Under the pieces are notes generated by a model. That model was not told the origin of the DNA, did not search any database, and saw nothing but the letters and a program-made list of their open reading frames with translations. Source: Octopus vulgaris (Eukaryota). From it: 64,000 nt of DNA. The DNA is taken from positions 78,306,001 through 78,370,000 of the forward strand of contig OX597831.1 of the NCBI GenBank assembly GCA_951406725.2, read 5' to 3'. The translations under genes were made by a program, and so were the position numbers. Below, one piece after another: positions 26,401-39,763 of this stretch. The stretch's first letter is position 1, and the number at the start of each line of letters is the position of its first letter.

Positions 26401-28868
26401 TTAGCCGATTTGTAGCCAGAGGGCGGGCAAGCTGAGTCGTAAGACTATCGACCAAAAATGTGTAGAGCTGTTATAACTTGTCATTATTGTTCTAAGTTCC
26501 AATCCCTCCGGTATGAATTTCTGTTTTATCCTTCCGAAGTCGATAAAATAAAATATCAATGAAATGCTGGAGTCAGTCAAATCGAATAATGGCCGCCTTC
26601 TATATATCTCGTCTTGTTCCTTTGCCAGAAACATTATTACTCTGCGCGCGTGAGCGAAAGCAGGGTATTGTTGTCGCTAGTCTTTGTCTGTGTGTTTGCA
26701 AAATTACTGGGAAATGGCTGAACGGATTTTCACAAAATTTTTACAGAATTATTCATAGGGTGAGTGGTTCAAACTCATTATTCTGGTTTGATTATCTTCA
26801 AAGCTGGAGGACAGGTGACTCAAAATGACTTTTTCCTTTGTTACATATGCATAAACGATAAGCAGGGGAAATAACTCTTGATATCCTTTTGCTGAAATAT
26901 GAATTCGTCTGAGAATATATTTACCAAATTAAATTTTATTTTATCCTTGTGTGCTCGCAGGGTATGTATCACCCCTCCGATGCCTTTTTCTTTTTCGTTC
27001 TTACTTCGATTACTCACATAAACAATATTCACTGTAATATAAATATACTGAAATACAGTAAAGGCGCTCTACTTAGTGTGAAGTGTATTCGGGCCAAGGT
27101 CACCACTATCTTACGATACACGGTGACGTGTTATATTCTTGAGCGAGACGCTATATCTCACGTTGCTTCAGTACACTCAGCCGGCAAAAATGAGTTGTAC
27201 CGGCTTTGTCACATTCTGTGTCTCGATGAATCTCTCTGAGAACTACGCTAGGGTCTTACGCATGACTGCGCGTTACTCAGCCGCTTGCAGGTTTATTTCA
27301 TGCGCAGGCTGTTCGGTTGATCGGACCAAGCGAACCCCCGTCATTGTAACCGGCAGAGTGCCAGTTAACTGCCATATGACGTGTAACTTTTGAAGTATGC
27401 TTTTTCCGCCATGGTAAATATCAGGAAACATGGCGTACATACAAATTTTAAATTTCATGGGGCTTATACAAAATGGTGGAATGAATATTTTCTAAAAAAT
27501 ATTTATCATTCTGTCATTTACTTCGTGCCTTCCTGTGATTCTGCGATTTGTTCTCCCTCACTGTGTGTGTTTGTAGGGTTCCTTTACTCAATGCTTGTCA
27601 GTGCTCAAAGCTTGTCTGTACATTAATCCTACACCTTTCATGTTAATTCTTTCTGTGCCTCGATCTCTTTTCCTCTTTCCTACTTCTCTCTGTGTGACGT
27701 AAAACGTGACAGAAAATAATCAACCAACAAACCACCCAACCAACAACAAACCAACCGATATTCGTAGCAGCCATTACCATATAGAGATATAAGAGAGGGG
27801 AGGATTACATTTTGATAATCTCTCCTTTCCTAATTGAAGATGCTAGAGGGTTTGTTTCCTTCATTGAAATTTAGCTGCTATATTTTGGAGATCTGACATG
27901 CGTGCAGAGATCGTCACTCATGAGCTCAAATTAAACTTCGTTGTTGTTGTTGTTGTTGTATATCCCAGGTCAATCATAGTCAAACAAAAACTACAATGGA
28001 AGGCGTTTCGGTCGTGACAATCTCGACGTTTGTATACCAGGAACAATATTGTTCAACACAGACTTTATTTCAGGCGTTATGGTGTGAATTGTGAAACTTT
28101 TGGCTGCTTTCATTCAGTAGGTTCAACGAAAATGTGTCAACCCTCTATTGAACAAAATTATCAATGAACAATTCACACTACTCGCCCTCCTTCGCTCTTT
28201 TTGCGTTTTACAATTTTTTTCTCTCATATCCTCAGAGTAGGTGGCTGAAATAACAGGCTACATTATTTCATGGCCGACTTTAGAGAACGTGGGAGTTTGG
28301 GTTAGGGAGGATGATGGAAGCAGAAGTTTTTGGTCGTACATGAATATCGTGAGTGCATCGAAACCACAAAAACTGCCTTGCATTATACATTCGGCTCTTT
28401 ACGTTTTGAGTTATATTTGCCTTTCATATTTTCAGAGGCGATAAAATAAAGTATTGGGGCCGATGTGATTGATTAATCTATCGTGTCAAAATTGTTGGCC
28501 CTCTGTCGAAATCAGAAAACATTATAAGCGCAGTGGGTTCCCAGAATCGTTTGAGAGCTGTACAAAATACCTGGTGTTATTTCTTCTGACTAAGTTCAAA
28601 TTCCGGGATTCATAAATTACAGTATCAGTGTAATACTGGGATCGATGGGATGGATGGCATCGGATAATCCCTACCCCTCAAAATTGCTTGGCATTGCGCC
28701 TAAATAAGAAACAGTTATCAAACGGTGTTCAAATCACGACGGGGGTCATCTTTGTGACAACTTTTGAAACTATTATTGCTGTTGGTGGTAGTGGTGGCGT
28801 TGAAGATGATGATGATGATGATGATGATGATGATCTTCTTTTTCTTCTTCTTCAACACAGCACCTCCG
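20151..28868 (+). repeat. copy 2 of the ~8.7 kb duplication
   Basis: Collinear with 11398-20050; differs in microsatellite lengths, sparse SNPs, a 21-bp indel (22451-22471) and a 12-bp indel (~24847). Confidence 0.97.
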
Positions 28869-28934
28869 CTGGTAGGGTGTAACAATATGTCAGCTGTCCG
28901 CAGTCAGTGGACTAATTTAAAACTCTTCATTTTG

Positions 28935-29900
28935 ATTTCGAGAACTTTCCAGAGGATTGGCGCATTTCCAAGAAACAGTGTTTTCTGCAGAAGCCCTATC
29001 TTCACATTTACTCCTGTTCTTATAGGTCCCAAGGCTCCAACAACAACAACAACAACAACAACAACAGCAACAAGTATAAGACTCACTTTCTTCAATGACC
29101 ACAGTCTATTCATTTCTCACTTCAAATCCTCACATCTGACCAACTTCGCGTCTTCCCCACAGCAAGCAATAATCTCTGACTAAACGGGTTTTTTTCTCCT
29201 CTTTCCTCACAAAGGATTTATCCGCTTAATAATGTTCAATTTTATGATTACATTGGCTTATTATATCTATTTCTTTACTACCCACATGGGGCTAAACACA
29301 AAGAGGACAAACAAGGACAGAGACAAACGGATTCAGTCGATTACATCGACCCCAGTGCGTAACTGGTACTTATTTTATCGACCCCGAAAGGATGAAAGGC
29401 AAAGTCGACCTCGGCGGAATTTGAACTCAGAACGTAACGGCAGACGAAATACGGTTACGCATTTCGCCCAGCGTGTTAACGTTTCTGCCAGCTCGCCGCC
29501 TTGGATTACATTGGATTATTATATCCTTTACTTTATCCTCCTCCATTACTCGTCCAGAGGTTTTCCCATACTTCGTCTTTGCTCTATCCAATCTATACTC
29601 CCCACAACCTCTCAGGGAACCAATCTCCCGATATAATCATGTCTTTGTATACATTTTGTGCCGGTTTCGTGCATTCATTCGTAATATACCACACAATCTT
29701 CCCTTTAGCGTCCCACAAATTATAATTAACGCTTTCTTCTGTATTCGCAATCAATCCCCTGTTTGATGTAATTCGTCCCATATTTCGTGTTCATATCAAA
29801 TCTCTTTTCATGTCTTTTAAAACCCAATGTTCCGCATTCTTTTGCGATATTTCTTAGACATTCCAATTGGTAAGAGGAATCAAATAACAGTAAAACAGAC
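28935..29900 (-). mobile_element. old R4/Dong-type fragment interrupted by a SINE
   Basis: Degenerate ...VWYITNECTKPAQ../RHDYI.. and EDLK*EMNRLWSLKKV...VVVGALG...LLQKTLFLGNAPILWKVLE. Confidence 0.65.
29268..29501 (-). mobile_element. full-length family-A SINE with target-site duplication
   Basis: Complete head to tail; flanked by GATTACATTGG(C/A)TTATTATATC at 29246-29267 and 29504-29525. Confidence 0.9.
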
Positions 29901-30039
29901 CGAAAGACTTGCAGGGAGTTTAAAGTCTGGATTCCTCCATCGAGCCCAAGAGGGAGTGGATGTCACATTCAGTTGACCATCTCTTCCGTTGTCTCTGTTT
30001 CAGTCACTTTCAACATGGAGCCGTTCATCACATTTATAC

Positions 30040-30581
30040 AGCCAGCCAACAATCCAGCCAGCTAGCCACCCAACCATCCATCCATCCATCCAAACAGCCA
30101 GCCGACAAACCGGCCATCCAGCCGGCCAACGATCCAGCCAGCCATCCAGCCACCCAGCCACCCATTCATCCATCCATCCAACCAGCCAGCCAGCCACACA
30201 TCCATCCACCCATCCATCCAACCAGGCAGCCATCCACCCACCCATCCAACCAGCCAGCCAGCCAGCCAGCCACCCACCCACCCACCCACCCATCCAACCA
30301 GCCAGCCAGCCAGCCAGCCATCCACCAAACCAGCCAGCCAGCCAGCCATCCACCCATCCATCCAACCAGACACCCATCCATCCACCCACTTATCTAGCCA
30401 GCCAGCCATCCACCCATCCAACCAGCCAACAAGTCAGCCATCTAGCCATCCAGCCAGCCAGCCAGCCACCCATTAATCCATCCATCCAACCAGCCAGCCA
30501 GCCAGCCATCCACCCATCCATCCACCCACCCAGCCAGCCAGCCACCCAACCAGCCAGCCACCCATCCACCCAACCAGCCAA
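30040..30581. repeat. compound (CCAG/CCAT/CCAC)n microsatellite
   Basis: Seen directly; explains the QPAS/WLAG pseudo-ORFs. Confidence 0.95.
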
Positions 30582-31206
30582 CTGTTTTCTCCACAACATT
30601 CCTGACAGTGTCTTCGGTGTTAATGTTCTCAGGCAACTCTTCCATAGTGTCCCATCAGAAGCGATCGCCTTCACACTTCCTGATTGATTTCCTAAGCGTG
30701 ACCAACTAAAATTATTGATATTATTGAACCACTTCGCACTTGACCTGTCCCGTGATCACTTGCCAATTGGCTCAGCTTGAAGAATTCGTCTTGCGAATCT
30801 TTCCTACACAGAACAAACCAAGCTAAACACGATACACGTGTATACGTAATCAGCTGAATGTTATGTTTTTGTGATTTGGAGAAATTATAATTTAAAGGTG
30901 AGATTAATCGGTTAAATAGGGCAAGGTTCTAGAATAAGGGAAGAACTCGAAGAGTGTACTTTAAAAGGTGTGAAGAAGGGTCGGGAGCAAGACGAATTTT
31001 ATTGTTAAATCTAGTTAGTAGTTACTTCATTAAGTAGGCGAAAAGCACTGAAACATTCAAATATATAGGTGTCTATGCGTATATATATACATACATAAAT
31101 ATATATACATATGAATGGAATATTCAACTATGTGTGTAAGTGTGTGTGTGTAGGTGTGTATTAATGTGCGTGTATTGAATGCTTATGTCTGTATATATAT
31201 ATATAT

Positions 31207-31285
<79 letters not shown>

Positions 31286-31475
31286 TATATACATGCATAT
31301 ATATATAGATATAAATGTAAATACACTCATGTGTGTATACACATGTACATAAATATATAATCCTTCTAACTTGATATGTATTATTTTTTCTATGTAATCC
31401 TTGTACATGTACACACACACACACACATATATATATATATGTATGTAGGTATGTATAGACACATACATATATGTG

Positions 31476-31573
<98 letters not shown>

Positions 31574-31878
31574 TTTTAGATATAATTATGTACTTGTGTG
31601 TAAGTCTATATATAAATGTAAATGTATGTATATTTAGATATGTATGATGTATGTATGCATATATGTACGTACGTATGTATACATATGCACATATACATAT
31701 TTACACATATATATTCATCTATATATATATATATACACAAGCATGCAAACAGACAGACAGACAGGCGTAAGACAGAGAAACACACGCAGATAGACAAAAG
31801 ATAGTGACATAAATATAAGGATTATATATAAATTTATGTTTGTATACATCTGTTTGAGCGTGCGTGCGCGCGCGCGAG

Positions 31879-31943
<65 letters not shown>

Positions 31944-32493
31944 TAAATCCGTAACTTTAAAGAAACCACACCTTGGGTTTCATAATATGCCATCAATGAA
32001 GTAACATAATTCTCGCAGCAGTCACCACACGGAGGAGCAACACAATGCAGTATAATTTTGAGTTGTTGTTTTTGGTGGTGGTGGTGGTGGTGGTGGGTTT
32101 CTAAGTGGGGGTTTTTTCAACGTTGTTCGAAGAAGACCATAATCCCGTGTCAAAAAGAACGAAAAGAAAAGAGAGAGATGCAAAAAAACAACAAAAAACA
32201 AAGAAAGAGAGGCAGAGAGAAAGAAATAATGAAAGATCTAATCTTTCATAAACTGAAACCGTGTACTCCTCCCAACCCTGTTTTTCAACCACCCCTGGGG
32301 GTATCGAAAAGTAGGTTGCGAGGATAACCTGTTGTAGCTGAATTTAGAACTTTCCAAATCTCTTACGGTCGAGAGTAACGTCTTTTGAACAGGTTTAAGT
32401 TTGTGACGTATTGCATCATGTGACTCGCGATTGAGAGTTTGTGGCTGTGTGCCTGTCATTGTCTGTCTATATGCTTATCTGCGTGCGTGCGTG

Positions 32494-32531
<38 letters not shown>

Positions 32532-32718
32532 TGAATGTGCTATTTTTGTGCTATTTTTAATATTGTTTTTAAGGGGAGTTTTCTTGTTGCTGTTTTTGTA
32601 GTGAACTTACACGCGAGTTGTATATATGTGTTGATAGATTGCGTGGTAGTTATATTGTGCTGTGGGATATAGGTGTTGTGTCGTGGGGTACCGTTGGTGT
32701 GGTATTGTCGTTGCGTTA

Positions 32719-33050
32719 AGGCGGCGAGGAGCTGGTAGAAACGTTAGCGCGATGGGCGAAATACTTTGCGGTATTTACTCTGCCGTTACGTTCTGAGTTC
32801 AAATTCCGCCGAGGTCGACTTTGCCTTTCATCCTTTCGGGGTCGATAAATTAAGTACCAGTTATGCATTGGGGTCGATGTAATCGACTTAATCCCTTTGT
32901 CTGTCCTTGTTTCTTCTCTCTGTGTTTAGCTGCTTGTGGGTAGTGAAGAAATATGCATTTCGTCTGCCGCTACGTTCTGAGTACCGATTCCGCCGAGGTC
33001 GACTTTGCCTTTCATCCTTTCGGGGGTCGATTAAATAAGTACCAGTTACG
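32719..33050 (+). mobile_element. family-A SINE plus a truncated second unit
   Basis: Full unit to 32953, then restarts at gcatttcgtctgccg. Confidence 0.85.
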
Positions 33051-33269
33051 CCAAACCATCGCAGCGTTACTCAAGAAACAGGAAGAAAGAGTGAGAGAAA
33101 GTTGGGACGAAAGAGTACAACAGGGGTCGCCACCACCCCCTGCCGGAGCCTCGTGGAGCTTTATGTGTTTTCGCTCAATAAATACACACAACGCCCAGTC
33201 TGGGATTCGAATCCGCGATCCTCCCACCGCGAGTCCGCTGCCCTAACCACTGGGCCATTACACCTCCAA

Positions 33270-33531
33270 AATAATAAATGCACCCTTTTAAAGCCTAGCC
33301 AGGCTCATGGCCCCGGTTTCCCGGTTTCCATGGTGTATGTGTTCCCCAGCTGGACGGGACGTCATCGCAGTCCATCGCAGCCTTACTCATTTTTGCCAGC
33401 TGAGTGGACTGGAGCAACGTGAAATGATGTGTTTTGCTCAAGAACACAACGCGTCGCCCGGTCCATGAATCGAAACCACAATCTTACGATCATGGTGCTG
33501 ACAGCCTAACAACTAAGCCACGCGCCTACAC
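33270..33531 (-). mobile_element. tRNA-derived SINE, family D
   Basis: Head GGCGCGTGGCTTAGTTGTTAGG...GGTTTCGATTC; body TTCACGTTGCTCCAGTCCACTCAGCTGGCAAAAATGAGT..CTGCGATGGACTG. Confidence 0.8.
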
Positions 33532-33847
33532 ATTGTATTGTGTGGCATTACTGATTTGTTTCGAAACTACTTGTTTCGAATAATTTCCCGGGAATGCAAT
33601 ATTGTAAGTTCATTTATAACGACCCCTATTAGGGACAAAGGTTTTAGTTTACAAAACAATGATTCTGAATTAACGTTGATGATTCCCTTTCATTAAAACT
33701 TGAAGATGTATATGTTTAGGGGGAAAATCCAAACAAACACAAAACAACAAATGAAGAAAACTCAGGTTGTGTGACTTCTTGGCGAGAAGTTGGTTTGCCA
33801 AACACCCTGGTCTCGGGTTGAGTCCCGCCGCGTGGAACTTTGGGGAA

Positions 33848-34785
33848 GTGGTTTCGCCGTATTTCCGCCCTACCGGTCACTCTTTACAACACCTGTCTGC
33901 GTTCGGATTGTCTTTGCACAGGGGCCATCTGGATTCCCGTCTTCGCTGTGAACAGGGATTCATCTTCTCTCTCCGCTCTTTTGCGCCACATGAACTCAAC
34001 TCTCCTCCCTTCTTCATCTAACCCTCCTTCCCTCTCCTCTCTTCCTCTCACACCTACTTCCTCCCACCTCTCCTCTCTTGTTCGACTCCTACTTCTTCTC
34101 TTCACATCTACCTTCCTTCTCTCTTCTCTTCACTCCTACCCACCATCTACCTTTCCCCTCTCCCTTCATCGTCACCCTTCCCTTGTAACCCCACATCTAT
34201 ACAATACAACCCAACATTCCCTATCCATTCCGTCCCACACTTACACCCACTCTCACACAACCCACCTCTAACCCCACCCTCATTTTAACCCACGCCCCAC
34301 TGTTGCCTCCCTCACATCCCAACTTCACCACAACATACCACACCACACACCACCATACCACACAACACCACATCACATCATACCATAATGCACACACTAG
34401 CACTGACCACTTCCTAGTACCCACACCACCATCCACACACCTACAAATGCACACACGCACACGTCAAGGTCACCAGCCCTCTTACATACACGCATACATG
34501 CTCTCTTATACACACGCGCGCGCACCTTCGTTTGGGGATCACCTCTACTTTATCATCTCCCCTTCTCCCTAGCTCTCCGGCATTTGCCATGATAGATCTC
34601 TAGCCACTACACATTCTTTACTTTCCTGTTTCTTTCTGTGTTTCCTCCCTGTTTCTTTCTGTGTTCCTTTCTGTGGAAGAGCGTTGGTTCGAAACTTTAA
34701 AGACTTCTTCACTTCCTAAGCGTTATACTAATACATCTGTTTGTTGTCTACACCACCTGTCTTCGTTTTTTTTGTGAATTCTCCC

Positions 34786-34786
<1 letters not shown>
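33848..34786 (+). mobile_element. Penelope-like element 3' end: GIY-YIG C-terminus, 3'UTR and hammerhead-bearing terminus
   Basis: VSPYFRPTGHSLQHLSAFGL...SRLRCEQGFIFSLRSFAPHELN* fits the HF..GHS..L.V.GL...R..E..IF.L....P.GLN ending of PLE endonucleases; decayed HHR at 34667-34702; ends in (TA)n. Confidence 0.75.
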
Positions 34787-34852
<66 letters not shown>

Positions 34853-34864
<12 letters not shown>

Positions 34865-35202
34865 TTCGAGACAAAACCACTATTTTGCAAAACAAACAAG
34901 GAAAGACTTAATCAATACATGAAAATTTTTTAATATAAAGAAATAAACCGCCACTACAATCGTTTCATGTCTTCAATGACATTCGTCAGGTGGATTTTCA
35001 ATCTCCTAATCTGTTTTAATTTATGACTTCATAAATTAAAACAGATTAGGAGATCGAAAATCCACCTGACGAATGTCATTGAAGACATGAAACGATTGTA
35101 GTGGCGGTTTATTTCTTTATATTAAAAAATTTTTATGTATTGATTAAGTCTTTCCTTGTTTGTTTTGCAAAATAGTGGTTTTGTCTCGAATTAATATTAT
35201 AT
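34853..35202. repeat. 350-bp near-perfect palindrome
   Basis: 174-bp arms, 2-nt loop (35027-35028), two mismatches found by eye. Confidence 0.97.
35062..35104 (+). ncRNA. type I hammerhead motif (mirror copy on - strand at 34951-34993)
   Basis: CCAC CTGACGA ATGTC attgaa GACAT GAAAC GATT GTA GTGG. Confidence 0.85.
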
Positions 35203-35284
35203 AATATTTTACTATAAAATTGGATTTAATCCTAAATCTGATTTTTTTCCTGTAAATTTGGATTTATTCCCTAATATTTATTAT

Positions 35285-35349
<65 letters not shown>

Positions 35350-35931
35350 TATATATTATTTATAAAATTATATGACTGAACGCCACTCATCAGTAAGTTT
35401 TATCTTAATACTTCTGATGCGCACTCTATACGATCTTTTTACACTTTCATTTTCTCTCTTTCTTTTACCTCCTCTTCAACTATTCTATACTATTGCCCTA
35501 TCACTCTCTATCTCCCTCACTTACCCCTACCTCACGGGGCTCCCACATGACCATCGGCTATGTTTCTTTCTTCTCCTAACTTGTGTATCTTTCTCTCCGT
35601 TGTAGCTGGAGCAAGGAAGATGTGTTCTTGTCTGACTTCTGCCCGAATGAGGCTTTTACATGCCGAAATCTACTTGGTGTAATTAATAATTATTCCAAAT
35701 TAATTAATTTCACCCTTTATTGTTACTGATAACCATATTTTATCCCAGTAAATGACCACAGCATCTTGTCTTGGCTACACGCGGGTGGAAAGGGGCTGGT
35801 GACAGCAAACTTTCATTCACACTTTGAATTTCGTGGTACTGGTAATGCTTTTGACTCGCTCTGACACTGAGTTGAGATGATGCCTTCTAGTATCTCAAAA
35901 TTTAATATACAATTATTCATAATTGTAGTAT

Positions 35932-36023
35932 CCTACGCTGATGAGAAAAGAAGTTTGGGTAAGGTGGAATTATCTAATTCTTATGCTTTCCTAAAACTTG
36001 ATTTCGAAACGTACGTCCGTAGG
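35932..36023 (+). ncRNA. type I hammerhead ribozyme motif
   Basis: CCTACG CTGATGA GAAA.gAAGTTTgGG...CTaAAACTTg.TTTC GAAAC GTAC GTC CGTAGG; ~28 nt upstream of (TA)n. Confidence 0.9.
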
Positions 36024-36050
36024 TGACTTAAAATTGTATGATAGATTGCC

Positions 36051-36090
<40 letters not shown>

Positions 36091-36238
36091 ATATATATAT
36101 ATTTATATATACATATATATATGTATATATATATATATACATATATACATACATATATATATATACATATATACATATAAATATATATATATATATATAT
36201 ACATATATACATATATACATACATATATACATACTTAT

Positions 36239-36305
<67 letters not shown>

Positions 36306-36502
36306 CTGTGAAACACCAATGCATTTCACAAGATATTCAACAAAAACAACGTAAAGGTGAGTCATAGCTGCAGAAAAGAAGACTCTGTGTGAGATCAAGG
36401 TAAGCAATGTAAAACAGTTGCCAACAAACCTCTAGTGCTGTATGGAAGGACGTCGATATACATCTGAGGAAACAAAGCGCTTTTATTCATTAGAGGATGA
36501 CT

Positions 36503-36560
<58 letters not shown>

Positions 36561-36566
36561 GTATAT

Positions 36567-36630
<64 letters not shown>

Positions 36631-36893
36631 GAGAGAGATACATAGATATGCATACATATATGTATATATATATACATATTTTGTACGTATTAGTATGTAC
36701 TCATATATACATATATTCATATTGTATATGCAAGCACACACACACACGTATGTGTGCGGAGATCCTTGTAAACGTGTGTACGTATCACCTTTTGATTAGA
36801 TATACATTCATAGATCCGAACTCTCACATAGGTATATAAATACAATACATATAGATACCACGTATATTTATACATATACATGTGTCTCTGTGT

Positions 36894-36926
<33 letters not shown>

Positions 36927-36937
36927 AGTATGTATGT

Positions 36938-36983
<46 letters not shown>

Positions 36984-37677
36984 AAGTATGTAAGTATTAG
37001 AATCTTTTACATACAAATGTGTATATAAATGTATGTGTATATATATACGTATATATGAATATGCTTCTATTAGGAAATATACAGGCGTGAATAGAATCAT
37101 AGGTTTAAATAAGTAAGCCTAATTTTTTCCCATAACTTATGAATACATTTTGGTCAAAAATTCCATAATTCTCACGGTCTTTCCATTTTATTAAAACTCA
37201 CTCTTTCCCTTCCTCTCTCTCCCACTCCCTCTCATTGCTTATTCTCCCTTCTTCCTTTCTTTCTATCCTTTCTTCTATCGCTTCTTACTTTTTGACATGC
37301 CATCGCCTTTCTCACCCGCTCTGTCGCTCTCTTTGTCTCTTTGTCCTGCCCGCTCTCTTTGTCTCTCTTCTCCCTCTTTCTCTTTCAATTTACACTCTCT
37401 CCCGCCCGCCTATGTACATACGCACCCACCCGCTTCCATACGAATTATACATTATAGCCTTTAAAAACAGCCAAGCATATATAACTATATATGTGTGTGT
37501 GTGTGTGTGTGTGTATGTGTGTGTGTGTACGTGTACATATGCAAGTGTATATGTGTATCTGTGCGTGTGTTTGTGTGTGCGTTTGTATTCCAGTTAATTC
37601 TTGTCCATTTTATTTTTCCTAGTCTACTCTCTCTCCCACACTCTAACTATCCCTCTCTTCCTCTTCATATTTATATA

Positions 37678-37713
<36 letters not shown>

Positions 37714-37889
37714 TAAATAAATTTAAAATAAAAGATGCAAAAAATAAAAAAATATAAACAATATAGCAAAAAGAATAATGATTAAAAAAAGGCATACACA
37801 CACACTCACACCCAGATACATACATACATTTATCTACCTAACAGTCCAATAACTATTCTACTCTACCTGTGTAAACTGTGGGTATGCAG

Positions 37890-38945
37890 GTATGGTATTT
37901 ATTGTGTATATTTCCTATTTAATATTGGGGAAGTTTCATTTATAAGGACTACTCCCGTATTTGTCTGAGTGTTGGGTCTTTTGGGTGCTTGGATAAGATG
38001 CGGATGTCAAGTTGACCTAAGTTACCTCTATGGTGATCTTTGGCATATTGGTAGAGCATGGAGGACTGTTTTCTGTCGTCATATTGTCTTAGATGTTCAT
38101 TTATCCGTTCCGCAATGCTCCTAGACGTCTCCCCTATGTACATCATGTTCATGTCCTTACAAGCACCTTCTATGCATCTTATGCTGTAGACTACATTTCT
38201 AGTTCTACAGTTAATGCCAGGGCTAATCCTACATACCATGCAGTTATCATTGGTGCATATGGCATTCTCAAAATGGTACATCCTACATAGTTGTGATCTG
38301 ATGGAGTTCCCTGGCTTTTCACCAATCTTAATGTTGAGTTTGGTCTCCTTCAGAGCTTTTCTAAATCTACGGGCTAGTTCTCCATGGGCTGTGGCCTCTA
38401 CAAACATCACTCCTTGATATTTGTCGGTTTTACACCACGTGTTCGCCCTGTTTGCTTTGTCACAAGCTCTTTGTATTCTATTCCATTCTTTGTTTCTATA
38501 TCTAGGGCAGGTACCACTGGTATCATTACGTATAATGTTATCTAATTTCTTTCTAGCCCCCCTGTACACGAACCCTATCTTTCTGATCATATCCAGAGAA
38601 CTGCATGCGGTGTATGAAGTTCTGTATATATTTTTTCATTTCATAGGGTTAGCATTGTGGGGACACATTGTTCATTATTCTAACAAGGTCTGCTATTTGT
38701 ATGTTAATTTTCATGTTGTGTGACAAAGCTGGGTTCTTGTGAACAACATATTTTGAAGTTACAGGTTTCATGTAATAAGAGTGGAGGAGCTGCACGCTAT
38801 TGTTCACAGTCTCTAACCAAAGTTCAGTATCAAGGACGGGGAGTCTATTGTTAGGGTTCTTAGTGGGGTAACCTATAGTTACCTTGATACTTTGGTGAAT
38901 GGAGTTAGCTATTTGCTGGTTGCTCTTTTAATCATTACTTTCTTT
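37890..38945 (-). mobile_element. Penelope-like element fragment (RT thumb, Cys linker, GIY-YIG endonuclease), frameshifted
   Basis: IANSIHQSIKVT...RLPVLDTELW...YYMKP...RMQFSGY, then ORF 37949-38590 with CTNDNCMVC..NCRTRNVVYSIRC..YIGETSRSIAERINEH..LRQIRE. Confidence 0.9.
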
Positions 38946-39383
38946 TGTTATATTGTTATATTTTTAATTATTTTTTTTTTAATTTCTGTATGTAAGCATT
39001 TAGATATGTAAATAAACAGATCAACATACAGACGGATAGGTACATAGGTTACAAGAACAGACACATATGGAGACACGGAACCACACATATAAGGATGCAT
39101 ATCCATACATACAAACATGGTACATAGTTGCATAACACACTCACACACACACAGACATGCACACACAAGGAGACAGAGGTGCATACATATACAAACACAC
39201 GCTCACACACACACATACATAGAAAATACACAAACACGGACATGCAAGCACATAAATATGCAGGATACTTACATACAGATGCACACACATACATAAATAC
39301 ATACATATGCATACACACACATATACATACATACACAGGCAAACACACACACACATACATACGTACATGCATGCATGTATAGG

Positions 39384-39414
<31 letters not shown>

Positions 39415-39763
39415 ACCCACACACATGCGCACAATCAAACAAAAGGGAACGCAGTGTAAATAACGGACAGAGTCAAGACTATTGAAAAGGTTGCCAGACG
39501 CAACGAAAATTTTAGAAAATAAATATAAGAAATAAGTGGAAATTTTACCGGTGAGTGTGTTAAATAATAAGGTACTAAAAGAGAATGACCCTCCCCAGAC
39601 ACAAAAGAATATGCTTCAACACACGAACTCATATAAAGAATCTTGCAAACCAAATCTAAAAGCGAAATATATATATATATATATATAAGGGAAAAACTTA
39701 CTTGGAAATTGATGCATGGCGTTCAATGAAATGATAATATAAATGATATATACATATGCATAT

